DNA from: Polymyxa betae A26-41
Taxonomy: Eukaryota > Protista > Endomyxa: Phytomyxea
NCBI GenBank assembly: GCA_003693705.1
Contig: RBZT01000706.1
Location: forward strand, 29,569-93,568
Length of the DNA: 64,000 nucleotides
Direction of reading: 5' to 3'
Under the pieces are notes generated by a model that worked only from the letters and a program-made list of their open reading frames with translations, did not search any database and was not told the DNA's origin. The translations under genes were made by a program, and so were the position numbers. This document shows, in pieces, positions 1 through 12,240 of the stretch. How positions within the stretch are numbered: position 1 is the stretch's first letter; each line of letters starts with the position of its first letter.

Positions 1-605
1 ACATAAATGAAACTCAAACTGACGCAGCCGTGCGCTTTCCGAAGGGATCTGAATCGATGCCGAGTCGTCTAAGGTTAACGAACCTGCAGGAATCGAATCG
101 GATGGCTCCTTGAAGTACGACAGAAGAGCGCCGTGCAGGACGAAAAAGCGATTCTGGAACGTACAACCTTTCGTGCCGCTTCGCTTGAGCAGTGGACCAT
201 ACAATGCAATCGGGAAGGAACCAGGGCAACCGAATTGGTCATAGTCTAGCTGTACCATGATGGAAGGCGGCTACCTGGAGCTTGTTGGCATATAGAGATG
301 TGTGAATGAAATGAGAGAAAATGAAATGGGAGAAAATAGGTGACCTGCAGGCCGCACCCTACTTAGGGTTGCCCTCTACTTACACCCCATTATCCCCATC
401 TACATACACCCCATCACCCCATCTAGTCAAATTTCCCCATTAGTCTACCATAGAGTAGTGTGTTTCTCGTCTACTAACAGATCTTCTGCATCTGCTGATC
501 TCATCGTTTAGTTAATTTGTCTTGTTGGCATTACCATTCACAGTTCAGAATCCTGAAGTTCCAATACCAGACCGAGATGGTACTTGAGATTGATCATATC
601 CTTAT

Positions 606-1362
606 ATGATTCGTCACGATGGCGTGCCTCTTGCTGAATTCCTAAGGAGCCAAATTGAACTGCAGCGGCTGCAATCGGGCTGGACTTCCGCTGTAACTAG
701 GCTTCGATCGAAGGTCGAATCGCAGAGGTCCATTGCCCATACTTTATCGTCACAAATTCTGTCTTCACAAATGGCTTCGGAATCAATTCGTGATGAAGTC
801 AGAGAGGCCAAAATGAAGATCAAAAAGTCGCGTCACGAATTGCAATCTTTGAAAAGACGCAACCACAGAGTCAATTTAGAGATTGAATCGACTGCAATTA
901 CGATTGAAAAGGCAAAATTAGATAGGCGGCGAGAAGAAATAATTGGTCGTACTGCCCCTGCGTCTACCAGCACTACTGAGAATGCAGAATCGCCAACTGA
1001 ACAGAAGATATCGCATGTTTCCGCACAGGAACATCCCAAGATTATACAGCAAAAGCAAAAGCCAAGGAGTAATGATACATCAGAAGAGCGACGTAGTTCA
1101 GAGATGTGTTTAGGTTCGCTCCAGCAACAGTGAGTGTATATGCTTAAAGCTAACTGACATGAATCTGATTACAAACAGAAACAGGCGAATTCATTGTGAA
1201 GTAATATCTGCGATAGAATTAACGAAATTTCTATTGTGCGAGCTGGGATGTCCAGATAGTGAGCATTCTGATTCGGAGACAGCACCCAGCACATGGACTG
1301 TTCTCAAAAATCTATTGCTAAAGTTGAACGATGAGCTAGATCGCCAGCTACCGTTTAGGTGA
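606..1362 (+). CDS. Coiled-coil protein of unknown function (2 exons; intron ~1130-1178)
   Basis: Heptad-rich, charged ORF 606-1133 joins in frame to ORF 1159-1362 via a 49-nt GTGAGT...ACAG intron; the start codon is uncertain. Confidence 0.55.
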
Positions 1363-1380
1363 CAATATATACATTTATCT

Positions 1381-2596
1381 CTAAAATGCTTCAAACAGTG
1401 CAGCGTCTGCGGGAGATAGTTCGATCGTCTTCCCCCGTTCCACAGAATCTGGGTATTTGTCGAAGTTCGTAGTATCGCTTTCTGAGGCGATATGCGGAAT
1501 ATATGGAGGAATCAACTGCCTCTGAATGGTAGCTTCCCAATCTATCCCCTTAAACCATTTGTGCATCTTGATATCATCTACTCCTGCCTTTAAGCAACCA
1601 TATCTCTTGGTACGATCTGCTGTAAGTAAGCGCCTTACGAGATCCTTGGCGTTCGGATCGAAATGCTTGGGGAAGTCAACGGTACCATCGAGAATTTTTT
1701 GGTAGATTCCAAACGGGTTTTCATCATAGAAAGGTGGATAACCAGCGATCATTTCAAAAATCAATACTCCAAGTGCCCACCAATCAACAGCTTTCCCGTG
1801 TCCTTTGCTCTGAATAATTTCAGGAGCCAAGTACTCGGGCGTTCCACAAAGTGTCCATGTACGATCTTCTACGTATTTTGCGAATCCAAAATCGGTGATT
1901 TTTACATGCCCTTCTCTATCAATCAAAATATTCTCTATATTCGCTACACTTAGAAATAGGGTCGATCTAAAAAATCATTACCTGGTTTAAGATCTCTGTA
2001 AACGACGTTTCGTTTGTGGCAGAATTCCAAAGCGAGTACTATCTCGGCAGCGTAAAATCTATAAAACAAAAGCACTTTAGTATCCATTCGAATAGACTTA
2101 AGTGGAATTCACCTGCTGGCTTCATTAGAGAATCTCCTTGCTTTTCTCAATTGAGAAAACAGCTCACCTCCGATAACGTACTCCATCACCATGTAAAGTC
2201 GTTTCTAACAAACAATTAATGGAGATAAGGAGAGTGTGAATCTTTACAGACCTCGTCTTGGAAGGAAGCGTAAAAATTCACAATGAAAGGATGACATATT
2301 GAATTCAGGATCTGCTTCTCATCCTTGATGTGCTCTACTTGCTTCAACCGGATTATCTCGGTCTTCTTTAGCATTTTTAGTGCCATATGGTAAGTCGTCC
2401 CATCAATTTGGGCAGATGCAAGACGAACGCGCCCAAACGTTCCGGTTCCCAAAGTCGGTCCAAGCGTAAATAGGCTCAAATCGATCTTGTTTCTAGATGC
2501 AAACCACTCGCGAATCAACTTGGTCGTCGGGTTGAGGCAAATGTCATCCAGGCTTCCCCCGGATCGCTTCTTCTTGCCTTTAAAGAGGAACGACAT
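1381..2596 (-). CDS. pkaC: cAMP-dependent protein kinase catalytic subunit (4 exons)
   Basis: GTGTFGRV glycine loop, [35 protein letters not shown]-terminal FxxF; introns 2205-2251, 2059-2112 and ~1934-1981 restore the frame. Confidence 0.96.
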
Positions 2597-2956
2597 GAGC
2601 AGACCCTGTTTTCACGACAAAATCTGCCGAGAAATCAGAATAATGGCTAAAAGCAGGGCTGCTCTTAATTCTGCAGAGCTTCGTAACGGTCGCCTGTGTG
2701 ACGCGCGTCCATAAGCTGCGAGTGCGACCTCCTTTCGATTTCTCATTCATTCTGGCTGCTTTGTCGAATCTCGATCTTCTCGTCATCAGCTAGAAGCTTC
2801 TGGTAACAGCATTCTGATGAAACGCTTTGGATTGGTCAATCGACGAATGTGGGTTCGCTTGCTAATAAGAGGAATCATCATGCTATGACTTTTAACACGT
2901 TATTGGGCGAAACTAGCGACAGTGATAAAGATAGAGAATTTATTCGAGGTATTGAT

Positions 2957-3937
2957 TTAATGTTGTGCTGACGCTTCGACCTGCTTGCGAATATCCTGCA
3001 GCAATGCAGAAGCTCCCTTCTTCTTTAATTCAAGGCCAAGTTTTTGACCGATGGCTTCAGCGTCGCTATTACTTTTGCATAATTCCGTCAAGGTATCTTC
3101 GATTAATGTCTTGCCGTCAAGGCCAACAACGACACCATAAATCGTTAAATTCCCAGTGGCCGCATCAAAATCAGCATTTACGCCAATGGGCACTTTACAG
3201 CCGCCTTCTAAAGTTCGCAATAACGCCCTTTCGGCAGCGCAGACCATGAAAGCTTCAGGATCGTTGATCTGTTGAGCAATAGTGAAGCTCCTTTCATCGT
3301 CTTCACGACATACAACAGCAAGAGCACCTTGTGAAACAGCATACGGCCAATCCAGCAAATCCACAGCAATCTGGTCTTGAAGCTCCAATCGATGTAGAGC
3401 AGCTGCGGCTAATATCAAGCCATCGGCTTTGCCGGATTGCATATGCTTCAATCGGGTTTGGATATTTCCACGAACCTCGACGCAGACGAGGTGAGGATAA
3501 TGATGAGCCAGAAGAGCTCGTCTTCGGACAGATGAAGTCCCGATTCTAGTTCCTGCTGGCAGATCGTTTAACGAGTGGATGTTAGTTTTATCGTTGAGAA
3601 CCAGAACATCATGACGATGCTGACGGGCGAGAACGGCAGCTAGAATCAATCCGGACGGCAATGTACTTGGTAGATCCTTACAGGAATGCACAGCTAAGTC
3701 GATCTCGTTGACAGCAAGGGCTCGATCGAGATTCTGAGTGAACACTCCTTTGTTCGTGAACTGGGATAAAGGAGTTTGAAGGTCATTATCAGCCTCGGAT
3801 GTCAACCCCTTTACAGGGACCCTATCAAGCGGCGTCTGAGTAGCTTTACATATCCGTTCCTGAACGAGATATGACTGCCACAATGCTAATGGTGATGCAC
3901 GACCGCCGACAACGAGGGGGGAATTGCCTATCGTCAT
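2957..3937 (-). CDS. hemC: Porphobilinogen deaminase (hydroxymethylbilane synthase), intronless
   Basis: RASPLALWQ, KGVFT, VHSCKDLP, GTSSVRR, RGNIQTRL, EGGCKVPIG motifs. Confidence 0.96.
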   Translation of the reverse strand: MTIGNSPLVVGGRASPLALWQSYLVQERICKATQTPLDRVPVKGLTSEADNDLQTPLSQFTNKGVFTQNLDRALAVNEIDLAVHSCKDLPSTLPSGLILAAVLARQHRHDVLVLNDKTNIHSLNDLPAGTRIGTSSVRRRALLAHHYPHLVCVEVRGNIQTRLKHMQSGKADGLILAAAALHRLELQDQIAVDLLDWPYAVSQGALAVVCREDDERSFTIAQQINDPEAFMVCAAERALLRTLEGGCKVPIGVNADFDAATGNLTIYGVVVGLDGKTLIEDTLTELCKSNSDAEAIGQKLGLELKKKGASALLQDIRKQVEASAQH

Positions 3938-4243
3938 CAATGGTGTCGGCTGTCGGTTTAATGCGATTGCGACGCAAAAAGTACGATCTTCTGTTGAGCT
4001 CTGATTGATCAAGCGGCGTTCAGCAAAACTTGGATAACAACTTTCTGAGCAACCCGATAGTTAAAGCTCACAGTATATATAATTCGAGGACGCTCCATTC
4101 TCCACTTCTTCTCGAATAGAAAAAGGCAACGCTGAAGACGAGAATCGACAACTGTAAATGGGATAAAGAAGCTTCTCGAATAGCTGGCTGGTACAATAGT
4201 TTATCTGGTTATTATAGTACGCAATGGCGAATCTGAACTGAGC

Positions 4244-4735
4244 TCATCTTCTAGGCAAAGCATCAGGAAATTCGCTTTCATAGGTCCTTTCAGGACGCGT
4301 GTCGCCGCGGCCATCGTCGTTCAATCCGAATCCAGGATCGAACCGCCGTTGGTAGAGCGACGGATCTCTGATGAAATCGGGATCTTGATGGCAAGCGAGA
4401 TCACGAGCTCTCAATGCCGGAGGCGGCCTTTGTGGTTTGCTAGCTGCAGCGGGCTTGTTCACCTGAGTCCCAAAAATCTTCCTTCTCGTTCTTGCATAAT
4501 GATCTTGTCGCTGAGTGTTATCCATCAACGCCAAGGTCGGGCGCGAAGAGCTTTCAGTATGTTCAAGTCCGATATCTGCCCTCTTCAATAACTGAACCGT
4601 AGGTTTCGATTTCGGTGGATCCAGCTGGACAACTGATTCAGGTGGCGGTTGTTCCTGCGGTTGCTGCTCCTCATCAGAATCCTCCCATGAATCCGGGACT
4701 TTGCTCGGCGGAGGAACAGGAACGAGACGCCTCAT
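4244..4735 (-). CDS. SUZ-domain RNA-binding-type protein (SZRD1-like)
   Basis: DSWED motif, LLKR, and RQDHYARTRRKIFG, typical of the SUZ domain. Confidence 0.65.
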   Translation of the reverse strand: MRRLVPVPPPSKVPDSWEDSDEEQQPQEQPPPESVVQLDPPKSKPTVQLLKRADIGLEHTESSSRPTLALMDNTQRQDHYARTRRKIFGTQVNKPAAASKPQRPPPALRARDLACHQDPDFIRDPSLYQRRFDPGFGLNDDGRGDTRPERTYESEFPDALPRR

Positions 4736-4855
4736 ATGAAAGAGGCAGTTCGCACGGAATTTGAGAGAGGCAGATTTAGAGAGCCAGGCGACGGTGGCGC
4801 AGCCCCCTTGGCTAAAATCATTCATCAAGCTGATTAGCCGAGCCAACGTGGGCGG

Positions 4856-7091
4856 ATGCAGCTTCGATCATCAATCTCTAAAGTAGTCAAGTATAGGAAC
4901 GGTCGAAGAGCCTATCGCCGACACTCAGGTCTTCAAATCATTGGAACTCAAAGCTTTGAAGATTGCAAGATTGAGGCTCCGTATTGCGACTTAGATAACA
5001 CTGAACAAGAAGTTACTTTTATCATGAGATATCTATTTGGAAGCAAAGCGTTTTAACCCTATAGTGAAAGAGATGTTTGCAAGTAACTATTTGATTGTGA
5101 AGACGGATCCGAGGCGCTAAACTAGTCTGTCCAAGAAAAGATTTGGCTTGATCGTGGCATTCAGTAGTCAGAAGGCGATCGCTAGCACATTCAGCGCTGT
5201 GCGCTGCAGCACAAAAACAGTCGAGACCAGCTCGAAACGCCATTTTAAGTGAAAGATAATTACAGGCGTATATGACCAAACGAGACATAAATGCTGTTTC
5301 GAACGAGTTTGCAGTCAATAATTCGGCACTGAGATCGACAGACAAAGTGTCGTGTTGAATGCACACAGGCAATCGGAGCTATGAGATTATGGACGTCAAT
5401 CAGGCGAAGAGGTTTGCTGCTCTGACGAAGACTCTGGGTTGCTTGCCTCTAATCGGACTTGCCGCACTACCTACAGAACCATTCTGGATGGCTTGTTATA
5501 CTGTTTTCCATTAACAGGCTCATCACTTGCAATATCCAGAAAAGGTCATCATGAGATCCGGGAGACAAGGCCGAAGAATGCGTAGTATCGATTTAGTACC
5601 ATTATAGGCAGTATTACTGTAGGTCTGGGTGTGGACTAATCTAATGGAATTGACGGGGACGGCTCTCATCGATCATCTGGTAGGATGCTTCGTTACCAAC
5701 TCTCCTATGAAAGCATTGTGATTGGTCGAACTTAGCAATTTCTGATCGCTGGCGTCGAAGGGCAAACCGCACGCGGGCTATTGCAGTTTCTGGCTGGATT
5801 ATCGCCCAGGCTATGGGGACAAGTTCGGGCGTCGGCTTTGCTCCCAGATATGATTGCCGCCTGTTCTAGACGACCGCTGGATCTAGCGATGCTTGTGTAT
5901 TTATGCACGGAATCTCCCGCCACAATCTCGTCGGTGACGTCGGCATGCATCCTGCCGTGCCTCTCAGTTTTATCTGGAGAAATCAATGCTGTTGAGCTAG
6001 ATTCACAGCCTGGCTCTTCTGCTCCCAGTAGCCAAGTTCGCAGGCGTCGCAAGAGGCTTCGAGATGAGTCGGAATCTAATGGGATTCAGCCAATAATCAG
6101 ATTGCCAGAGACTTGTCAATTAGCACACAGCAGGCCATCTCTTCTTATGGGACATAGTCTCTCCAGGGCTACTTGCGATCCTAATTTCGCCCAGATGCTC
6201 TATAATCACTTCGAATTTCTACCTGTGATAAGACAGCTGATTAACACAGACTTTCAAGATTCGTTAAGGAACCATTACATGGCTTTTCGTTTACACAAAT
6301 GTCTTTCCATTCTGGAGAACATCTCATCCTTAGAAGGATTTCCTGGTCACAAGAAATCTGATTTAATGCAATGTCTGCTGCCATGGCTAGATCAAGTTCT
6401 TGCCTTGGAATGCGAGATGTGGATCAATGATGAGGCCGATCATGCTTTACTGCAAAGTGTTTGCTGTGCTCTTCGTGCTCTCACCAATTTAACCAACGGA
6501 GATGCTAATACATGCGCTGCATTGCGATCTGCCAAAGGGATCAAAACTGCTATTCGCGTCATTCAACTGTGTGAGAGCGCGGTTGTTAGAAGCAGTGCCG
6601 CCTGCGATCTTATAACAATCGCTGTCGCGTTGTTGACCAACTGTGCCGAAGTCGATCAGACAGCACAAAGGCTACTTTGTGGCGAGCCGGTCTTAACCGA
6701 CCTGTTCCAAGGCGTTTCTCAGTTTTGGCAAGTTGCTGTTGATACAGAACATCCTGAAAGCGAACAGATGGTTCATGTACGGACTCTGGTCGTTGTTTGG
6801 GCATTTTAATGATTGTTGTTTTAGTGCCGAACCGTTGCTGGCTATGTATCATTGCTTATTAGTGTTTTATATCTGGGCTGCTCAGGTCAACGTGAAGCTT
6901 TATCGCGTTCTTGTTCAATCCCGATGGTGGCCGACATTCTTGATCAGTTCGCTATTCTGACGAAGCTTGGCCATCCTGAACAAACGCAGATGATTGATGA
7001 GATCACAAGAATACATCGGCGGCTTGTATCATGTATTGGGATGTGTGAACTTTCTAAGAGCTCTAGTTGCAGTCCTGCCTCTGTTACATAA
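4856..7091 (+). CDS. WAPL: Wings apart-like (WAPL) cohesin release factor, multi-exon; 5' end uncertain
   Basis: Helical-repeat protein with LRALTNLTN and LLTNCAE motifs resembling the WAPL domain; exons from ~5518 to 7091 are supported, exons upstream are tentative. Confidence 0.65.
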
Positions 7092-7674
7092 ATGTCTAAA
7101 ATTGACTCGGTCGAGCTGGACTAATATCTGATACGGAATGCAACAAAGAGGTTCTTTTTCAATTTCCAGGCAGAATAGATGGAGTTTCTCCTCCGGCGGA
7201 GAACTATGCAATGCGATGGAATCGTTTAGTATGTTGAACGAAGTCAATGGTCAGTGATGTCAAACCAACGGGTAGTTTAAAAAATCGCAAAAACGTATAG
7301 TAAGAAACATGGACACTCTCTGTCTGTCAAGTCATCAACGCGTTTATCGCCTCCGACCGATCGATATGAAGGTCCCACCAACACATGATGAATAAATCGT
7401 TTAGACCTAAGGGTCACCACATAGATGCTCGTTCTCAAAAAGCAGGTTTCCAGAACATTTTGCCTCTTGCATCACGCATTGGACGATTTGGCCCTTTATT
7501 GCTTGAGCGGCCTTCTGCCGGTAACCGATTGTCTGCGTTAACGTTACAACGAATGCTTGAATAACGAATGAATCCCTTTCCGTTACCTGCGAGCCAGTAT
7601 CTAAAAGTGTTAAGTCGCCAGTGGAGGCCGGCTGCCCTCTCAGAAGCAAGAAGACGGGTCTGTCATCACGAAGA

Positions 7675-8625
7675 ATGTCGTGTCCTTTTCAATCCGGTTC
7701 GAATGGACAGGGCCAATGTCCTATGCGAGCCAGCCCGGATGCAGATGCTTGCTATTACTCGACTTATCTTGGACTACCAGCGGTGCTTGACTCTCAGAAG
7801 CCTACCACCGATGCCCATGACGAATTTCTGTTCATCACGACGCACCAGACATTCGAGATTTGGTTCAAGCAAGTGCTTTTGGAGATGAAGACGCTGGGGG
7901 GTATTTTATCTGGACCGGCTCCGAAGTTGCAGACGGCTTGCGAGCTTCTGCAGCGGATCTGCAGAATTCTGGGTCTTCTCGTAAGTCAGTTTACCATTCT
8001 GGAAACAATGACTCCGCTGGACTTCCTTCGTTTTCGATATAGTCTGGGGACGGCATCCGGGTTTCAGTCAGCTCAGTTCAAGATTATCGAAATCAGCATG
8101 GGGCTATCAGAAAAGCAGCGAGTTTTCCCTTTAGCTGCAACCCTAGACATTTTCCAGAAAGAAGATCGTGATGCAATCGAGCTGACCATGAGGCAGCCAA
8201 CTTTAGCTCAGATTGTTGATTCATGGCTGTCGGGATTCGATATTGCTGAATTCTGGCAAAAGTACTCAGCTGCACTTCAACATGCTGGTCATTTCAGGAG
8301 TGTTCTCGATGAATCAGAGTATCTCATGAATGACCATCAGCTTTCTTTAAATTCGTTTCGTGCTGCTCTCATGATACATATGTGTCGAGAGAAGTACGGC
8401 CAGGAATACACGATATTGTCGAGATTATGCGAGATGGATGAGCTGATGGCAAAATGGAGGTTCCACCATGCTTCAATGGTTCAGCGTATAATTGGACGGA
8501 AAAAGGGAACTGGAGGCTCTTCTGGTATGGAATATCTCATTCAAACCAGCATGAGGCATCTAGTTTTTACGGATCTGTCATCAGTAGCCCAATATCTTGT
8601 CATTGATGACAGCGTATTGTTATAA
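7675..8625 (+). CDS. TDO2: Tryptophan 2,3-dioxygenase, intronless
   Basis: YYSTYLGL, HDEFLFITTHQTFEIWFKQ, MTPLDFLRFR, ASGFQSAQF, WRFHH, GTGGSSG. Confidence 0.95.
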   Translation: MSCPFQSGSNGQGQCPMRASPDADACYYSTYLGLPAVLDSQKPTTDAHDEFLFITTHQTFEIWFKQVLLEMKTLGGILSGPAPKLQTACELLQRICRILGLLVSQFTILETMTPLDFLRFRYSLGTASGFQSAQFKIIEISMGLSEKQRVFPLAATLDIFQKEDRDAIELTMRQPTLAQIVDSWLSGFDIAEFWQKYSAALQHAGHFRSVLDESEYLMNDHQLSLNSFRAALMIHMCREKYGQEYTILSRLCEMDELMAKWRFHHASMVQRIIGRKKGTGGSSGMEYLIQTSMRHLVFTDLSSVAQYLVIDDSVLL

Positions 8626-8815
8626 TCCCAGAACATAATTGTAAATAACAACTGTATTATATTAATTGCTAATCTAAATTTCACAATTTATAGAAAATCT
8701 GGTGAGGTGGCCCGGAAGCACGGAGATCGCGTAATGACGTCATGCTGCTCCTGTGAGTTTGGCGAGATTCGTCTATGGCACCCTAACATTGCCGAATACT
8801 GTCATTGCACCTAAG

Positions 8816-9732
8816 ATGTCGTCCGATTCAGACTTGGAAGATTCGGTACTTGACATTAGGGTGAAGTACAGAAAGTTGCACGTTGCGGTCGTAAATAACT
8901 CGGGTCTTCTGCAGCTTTGGGCTTCGTTCCTGTTTGCTTTGATCACTGTGTTTTGGAACAGCGCCTTTCAAGTAGTAACTGAATATGTCCCGAAGTCTTT
9001 GGACAACCGGCTCTTACGAGACCTCGCTCACTCTTTAAGCGACCATTATCTTGGGAAGTGGATTCCAAAACCGCTTATTGTTGATTTGCTTTTAACACTA
9101 ATGTTGGTAATCACGTTCGTGCGATTTTTCTGTTTCACCCCGCGGGCTGTATCGCTCGTGATCCTAAAGCGGTATTTGCTTTTGCAAGGTGTGATATTCT
9201 TATTGCGAGGACCTGCTCTTTATGTAAGCATCTCCTGGTCAAAGCATTGACGGCTTTTAACGATTTACAGATGACGATGCTCCCGCCGACATTAACAAAT
9301 CCACAAGATTGCCTCTTTGACTCTTCCGGGTCTTTCGTTCTAGATACTCTTCTGGTATCACTTCGGCAGAAAGTCACCTGCACTGACCTTTTCTTCAGTG
9401 GCCATTCAGCCATGATGTTATTATGGACGTTGTTTATGACCGCCCATACCACTCCAGAAACTTTCAATTCAAAAGGCCTCTATTATATCTTCATGTTCAT
9501 GATATGGATCATTACGACCATAACACTTGCTCTTATTCCGCTGACAAAGTTCCATTACTCTATCGATGTTTACATTGGGATTTTGCTGCCGGTTTTGCTG
9601 CAGAGACTCTACTATGATATTCTCTCGACACTGTCGCTCCTGGAGGAGACCTCCTCCACGAAGCTATCGTGGTCTCAAAATCTGGTGCTTTGGTTCGAGA
9701 CAGGATATCGCGAACTTCGCCTGCAAAGTTAA
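8816..9732 (+). CDS. Sphingomyelin synthase / inositol phosphorylceramide synthase family (PAP2_C), 2 exons
   Basis: CTDLFFSGH and HYSIDV catalytic motifs, multiple TM helices; intron ~9223-9270. Confidence 0.85.
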
Positions 9733-9931
9733 CGGAATCTATAACTCAACATTCCCTATATGTGTATACACATTCTTTAAAGTTTTTCAAATCATGCTTG
9801 ATGGTGTGGTTGCATAGTGTTAGCCGATTCTACCAATTGGACGGCCACTATCATCATGTTCTTATTTTAGCTCTAATCTGAAGTTGCTCTGCATCATCAC
9901 AGCCAGATTTCAATTAGTACATTGACGTTTA

Positions 9932-11172
9932 TTATGGGAATAGGCCGAATGGAAGGAAAGGTGTTGACGGCCATGGATCGACGGGGAAGATACTCATTCC
10001 GGGCATTAAGGGGATAATTGGAGGAAATACTGGCGCTTTTGGAGGGGAGAATGGGATGCACAAAGGCGGCGCAAATCGACCCAGTTGGCCATATGGGAAG
10101 CCGCTGGTTGCAGATAAAGGAGAAAACCCAGCGCCTGCTGCTGGTGCGGCAGTTCCAGCGCCTTCTGTTGGTGCGGCAGTTCCAGCAACAGGAGCAGGAC
10201 CCCCTGCACCACCAGCAGGTCCTGGTTCGGTTCCGCTCGCATTGGCTCCAGCAGCTCCAGCTGCTGGTTGTAGCAACGACGAAAGTTGAGATAATGGAAT
10301 CAAGGTAATAGTTGGAGTTTGCTCTGCCCCAGCAGCTGCCGCTACAAAGCCTCTAGCCTGGTTACCAGGGTTCCTTTTAAATCCCACCGTACCTGTTTGA
10401 CCACCAGCACCCCCAAAGCCGCCAGGGTATAATGCTGCAAATAGATTCAATTATTCGACAATTATCTCTGTGCTCTTACCTGTATTCTGGAGAAGAGATA
10501 ATTCGGGTGCGTATGAAGTGATTATGCCTGGCGAAGCGGATCCCCCTACACCTGGTGGTAAATACGTCGTTTCGAGCAACGAAGCTAATGGCGCGTATGA
10601 AGTAATCGTAACCGGTGCTCCTCCACCTCCACCATAGCCGAGCGCTGCAGGTAGAGCAGGTGCGTCTAAAGCCCCAAAGCCACGTACGCCTCCTAACGAA
10701 GACGTTCCAGCGCCTATGAAAGCATTACTGACGGAACCCATTGATGATCTATGAACCAACCTTGTAATCCTCCACCTCCAGCTCCTTGGCTTCCAGCACC
10801 TTCGGCCCCTTGAGCACCGGCACTAACCGGTAAAGTGACAACCGGGATTGATATCGGGGCTGTCGTTTGTGCACTGGTTTGCTCTGCCGCCAAGGCTGCA
10901 CTTATCGGAGCTGGCGAAGCGGTTGCAATTGGTGCCTGTGTTGGAGGAAGTGTGAGTACTATTGGAGGCGGCTGTCCTGTAGGCAATGGTGGAATCGGGG
11001 TGCTGGTTGCTGGCGCCGGTGTGCCAATTATTGGTGGTAAAGTTGCTGGAGGTGGAGTTATTACAGGCTGGGAAGGGGGAATGCTTAACGGTGGCGCCGT
11101 TGGCGTACAACATGGTTGTCTGATCTGTGCTGTCGCGATTGCGACCAACGCAATCAACGTTGTTGAAAGCAT
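9932..11172 (-). CDS. Secreted Pro/Thr/Gly/Ala-rich protein (3 exons, ~382 aa), paralog of 25668-27389
   Basis: Signal peptide MLSTTLIALVAIATA followed by QPCC; introns 10714-10760 and 10435-10479 join three ORFs in frame. Confidence 0.8.
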
Positions 11173-11892
11173 GATCGAGCTGTTTTGAATCTGATGAGTA
11201 TCGTTCCGGTCCCAGAACGTGGGAACCTCAAATGATGACGCTCACCTCAAGAAGCCAATTCATGGTATGGAATTGTTCCTTTTATGATTGTGGATTCCGG
11301 CGTGAGTTAAACCTCCGAAAGTGAAAGCGTTTTGCTGCTCACATTCCATTGCGTTGAAACTCCTAACTGCTCAGGTGGACCATAAAACTGTAGTTGGGGC
11401 GGGTTGACACCTTCCAGGATCTGTTGCAGCATTCCAACTAATCACCGTTGAAGTTCGATTCTGACGCCATGCTGGGCGTTGTTGACAGGAGATCGTCGAT
11501 AAAATGCAAGCGGTCTGACCCATGTGAAAACGTTGACTCCAATCAATGCCCTGTCGGCAGTGAGTGAGGCAAATAAATGGTCAATCTGTAAACAAACAGT
11601 GTGTGTGTGGATGCTATCTGAAACATCGAGGTCTAAAGATGCAATCTCCATCCGCTCAACCAGTGAATGTTGGACGTTAGTATGTTTATTGCTGGAATTT
11701 GAAAAATTTCCATTCCAGGGCCAAGATTCGTCAACCTTAAGGATGGCATGGCAGTCGTTTAGAAGGTGGCCAATCTTGTGACACTTGAGGCACGTCCCCT
11801 TTCATCCAAGTTGATGCAATGGGCATTGACACATTCAGCGAGACGTTGGTCTCGGCTCCGTGAGCTATGTGATCCTGTGATGACCAGGCAGA

Positions 11893-11922
11893 GCTGGGTA
11901 TTTAAGCGCTGGGTATTTAAGC
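11893..11922. repeat. 15-bp perfect tandem duplication GCTGGGTATTTAAGC x2
   Basis: Directly visible. Confidence 0.85.
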
Positions 11923-12240
11923 GGCTTATTGCCAGCACTCATATAGACGCAAACGGATAGGCCGGACTTCGGATATTTCAGGTCAAAACAGAAAACGAAT
12001 TCGTTTTGTGTGAAAACATTTTGCTCTTGTTCTGCTTTTCTGATAGATGATCGAGGTAAATAAACTCGTATCGATCGATTGCCGATATTTGATGCAGTTT
12101 TCTATAACTTTATCATGAAAAATGCATCTTGTTACCGTCGCTATGGCAATGGGGATTGCAAATTGGAGATTGGTTGTTTATCCCGTCACACGATCTATTT
12201 CAACCAATCGCGGTCTGCGTTTGACCTTTCGCCGGCGTAA

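Noticed and set aside
2957-8625. Bacterial contamination or operon suggested by intronless hemC and TDO
   Set aside because: They are interleaved with spliced eukaryote-specific genes (PKA, WAPL-like) at similar composition.
11400-12230. Additional gene or further ABCA 5' exons
   Set aside because: I could not build a consistent spliced frame, and the short ORFs show no family motifs.
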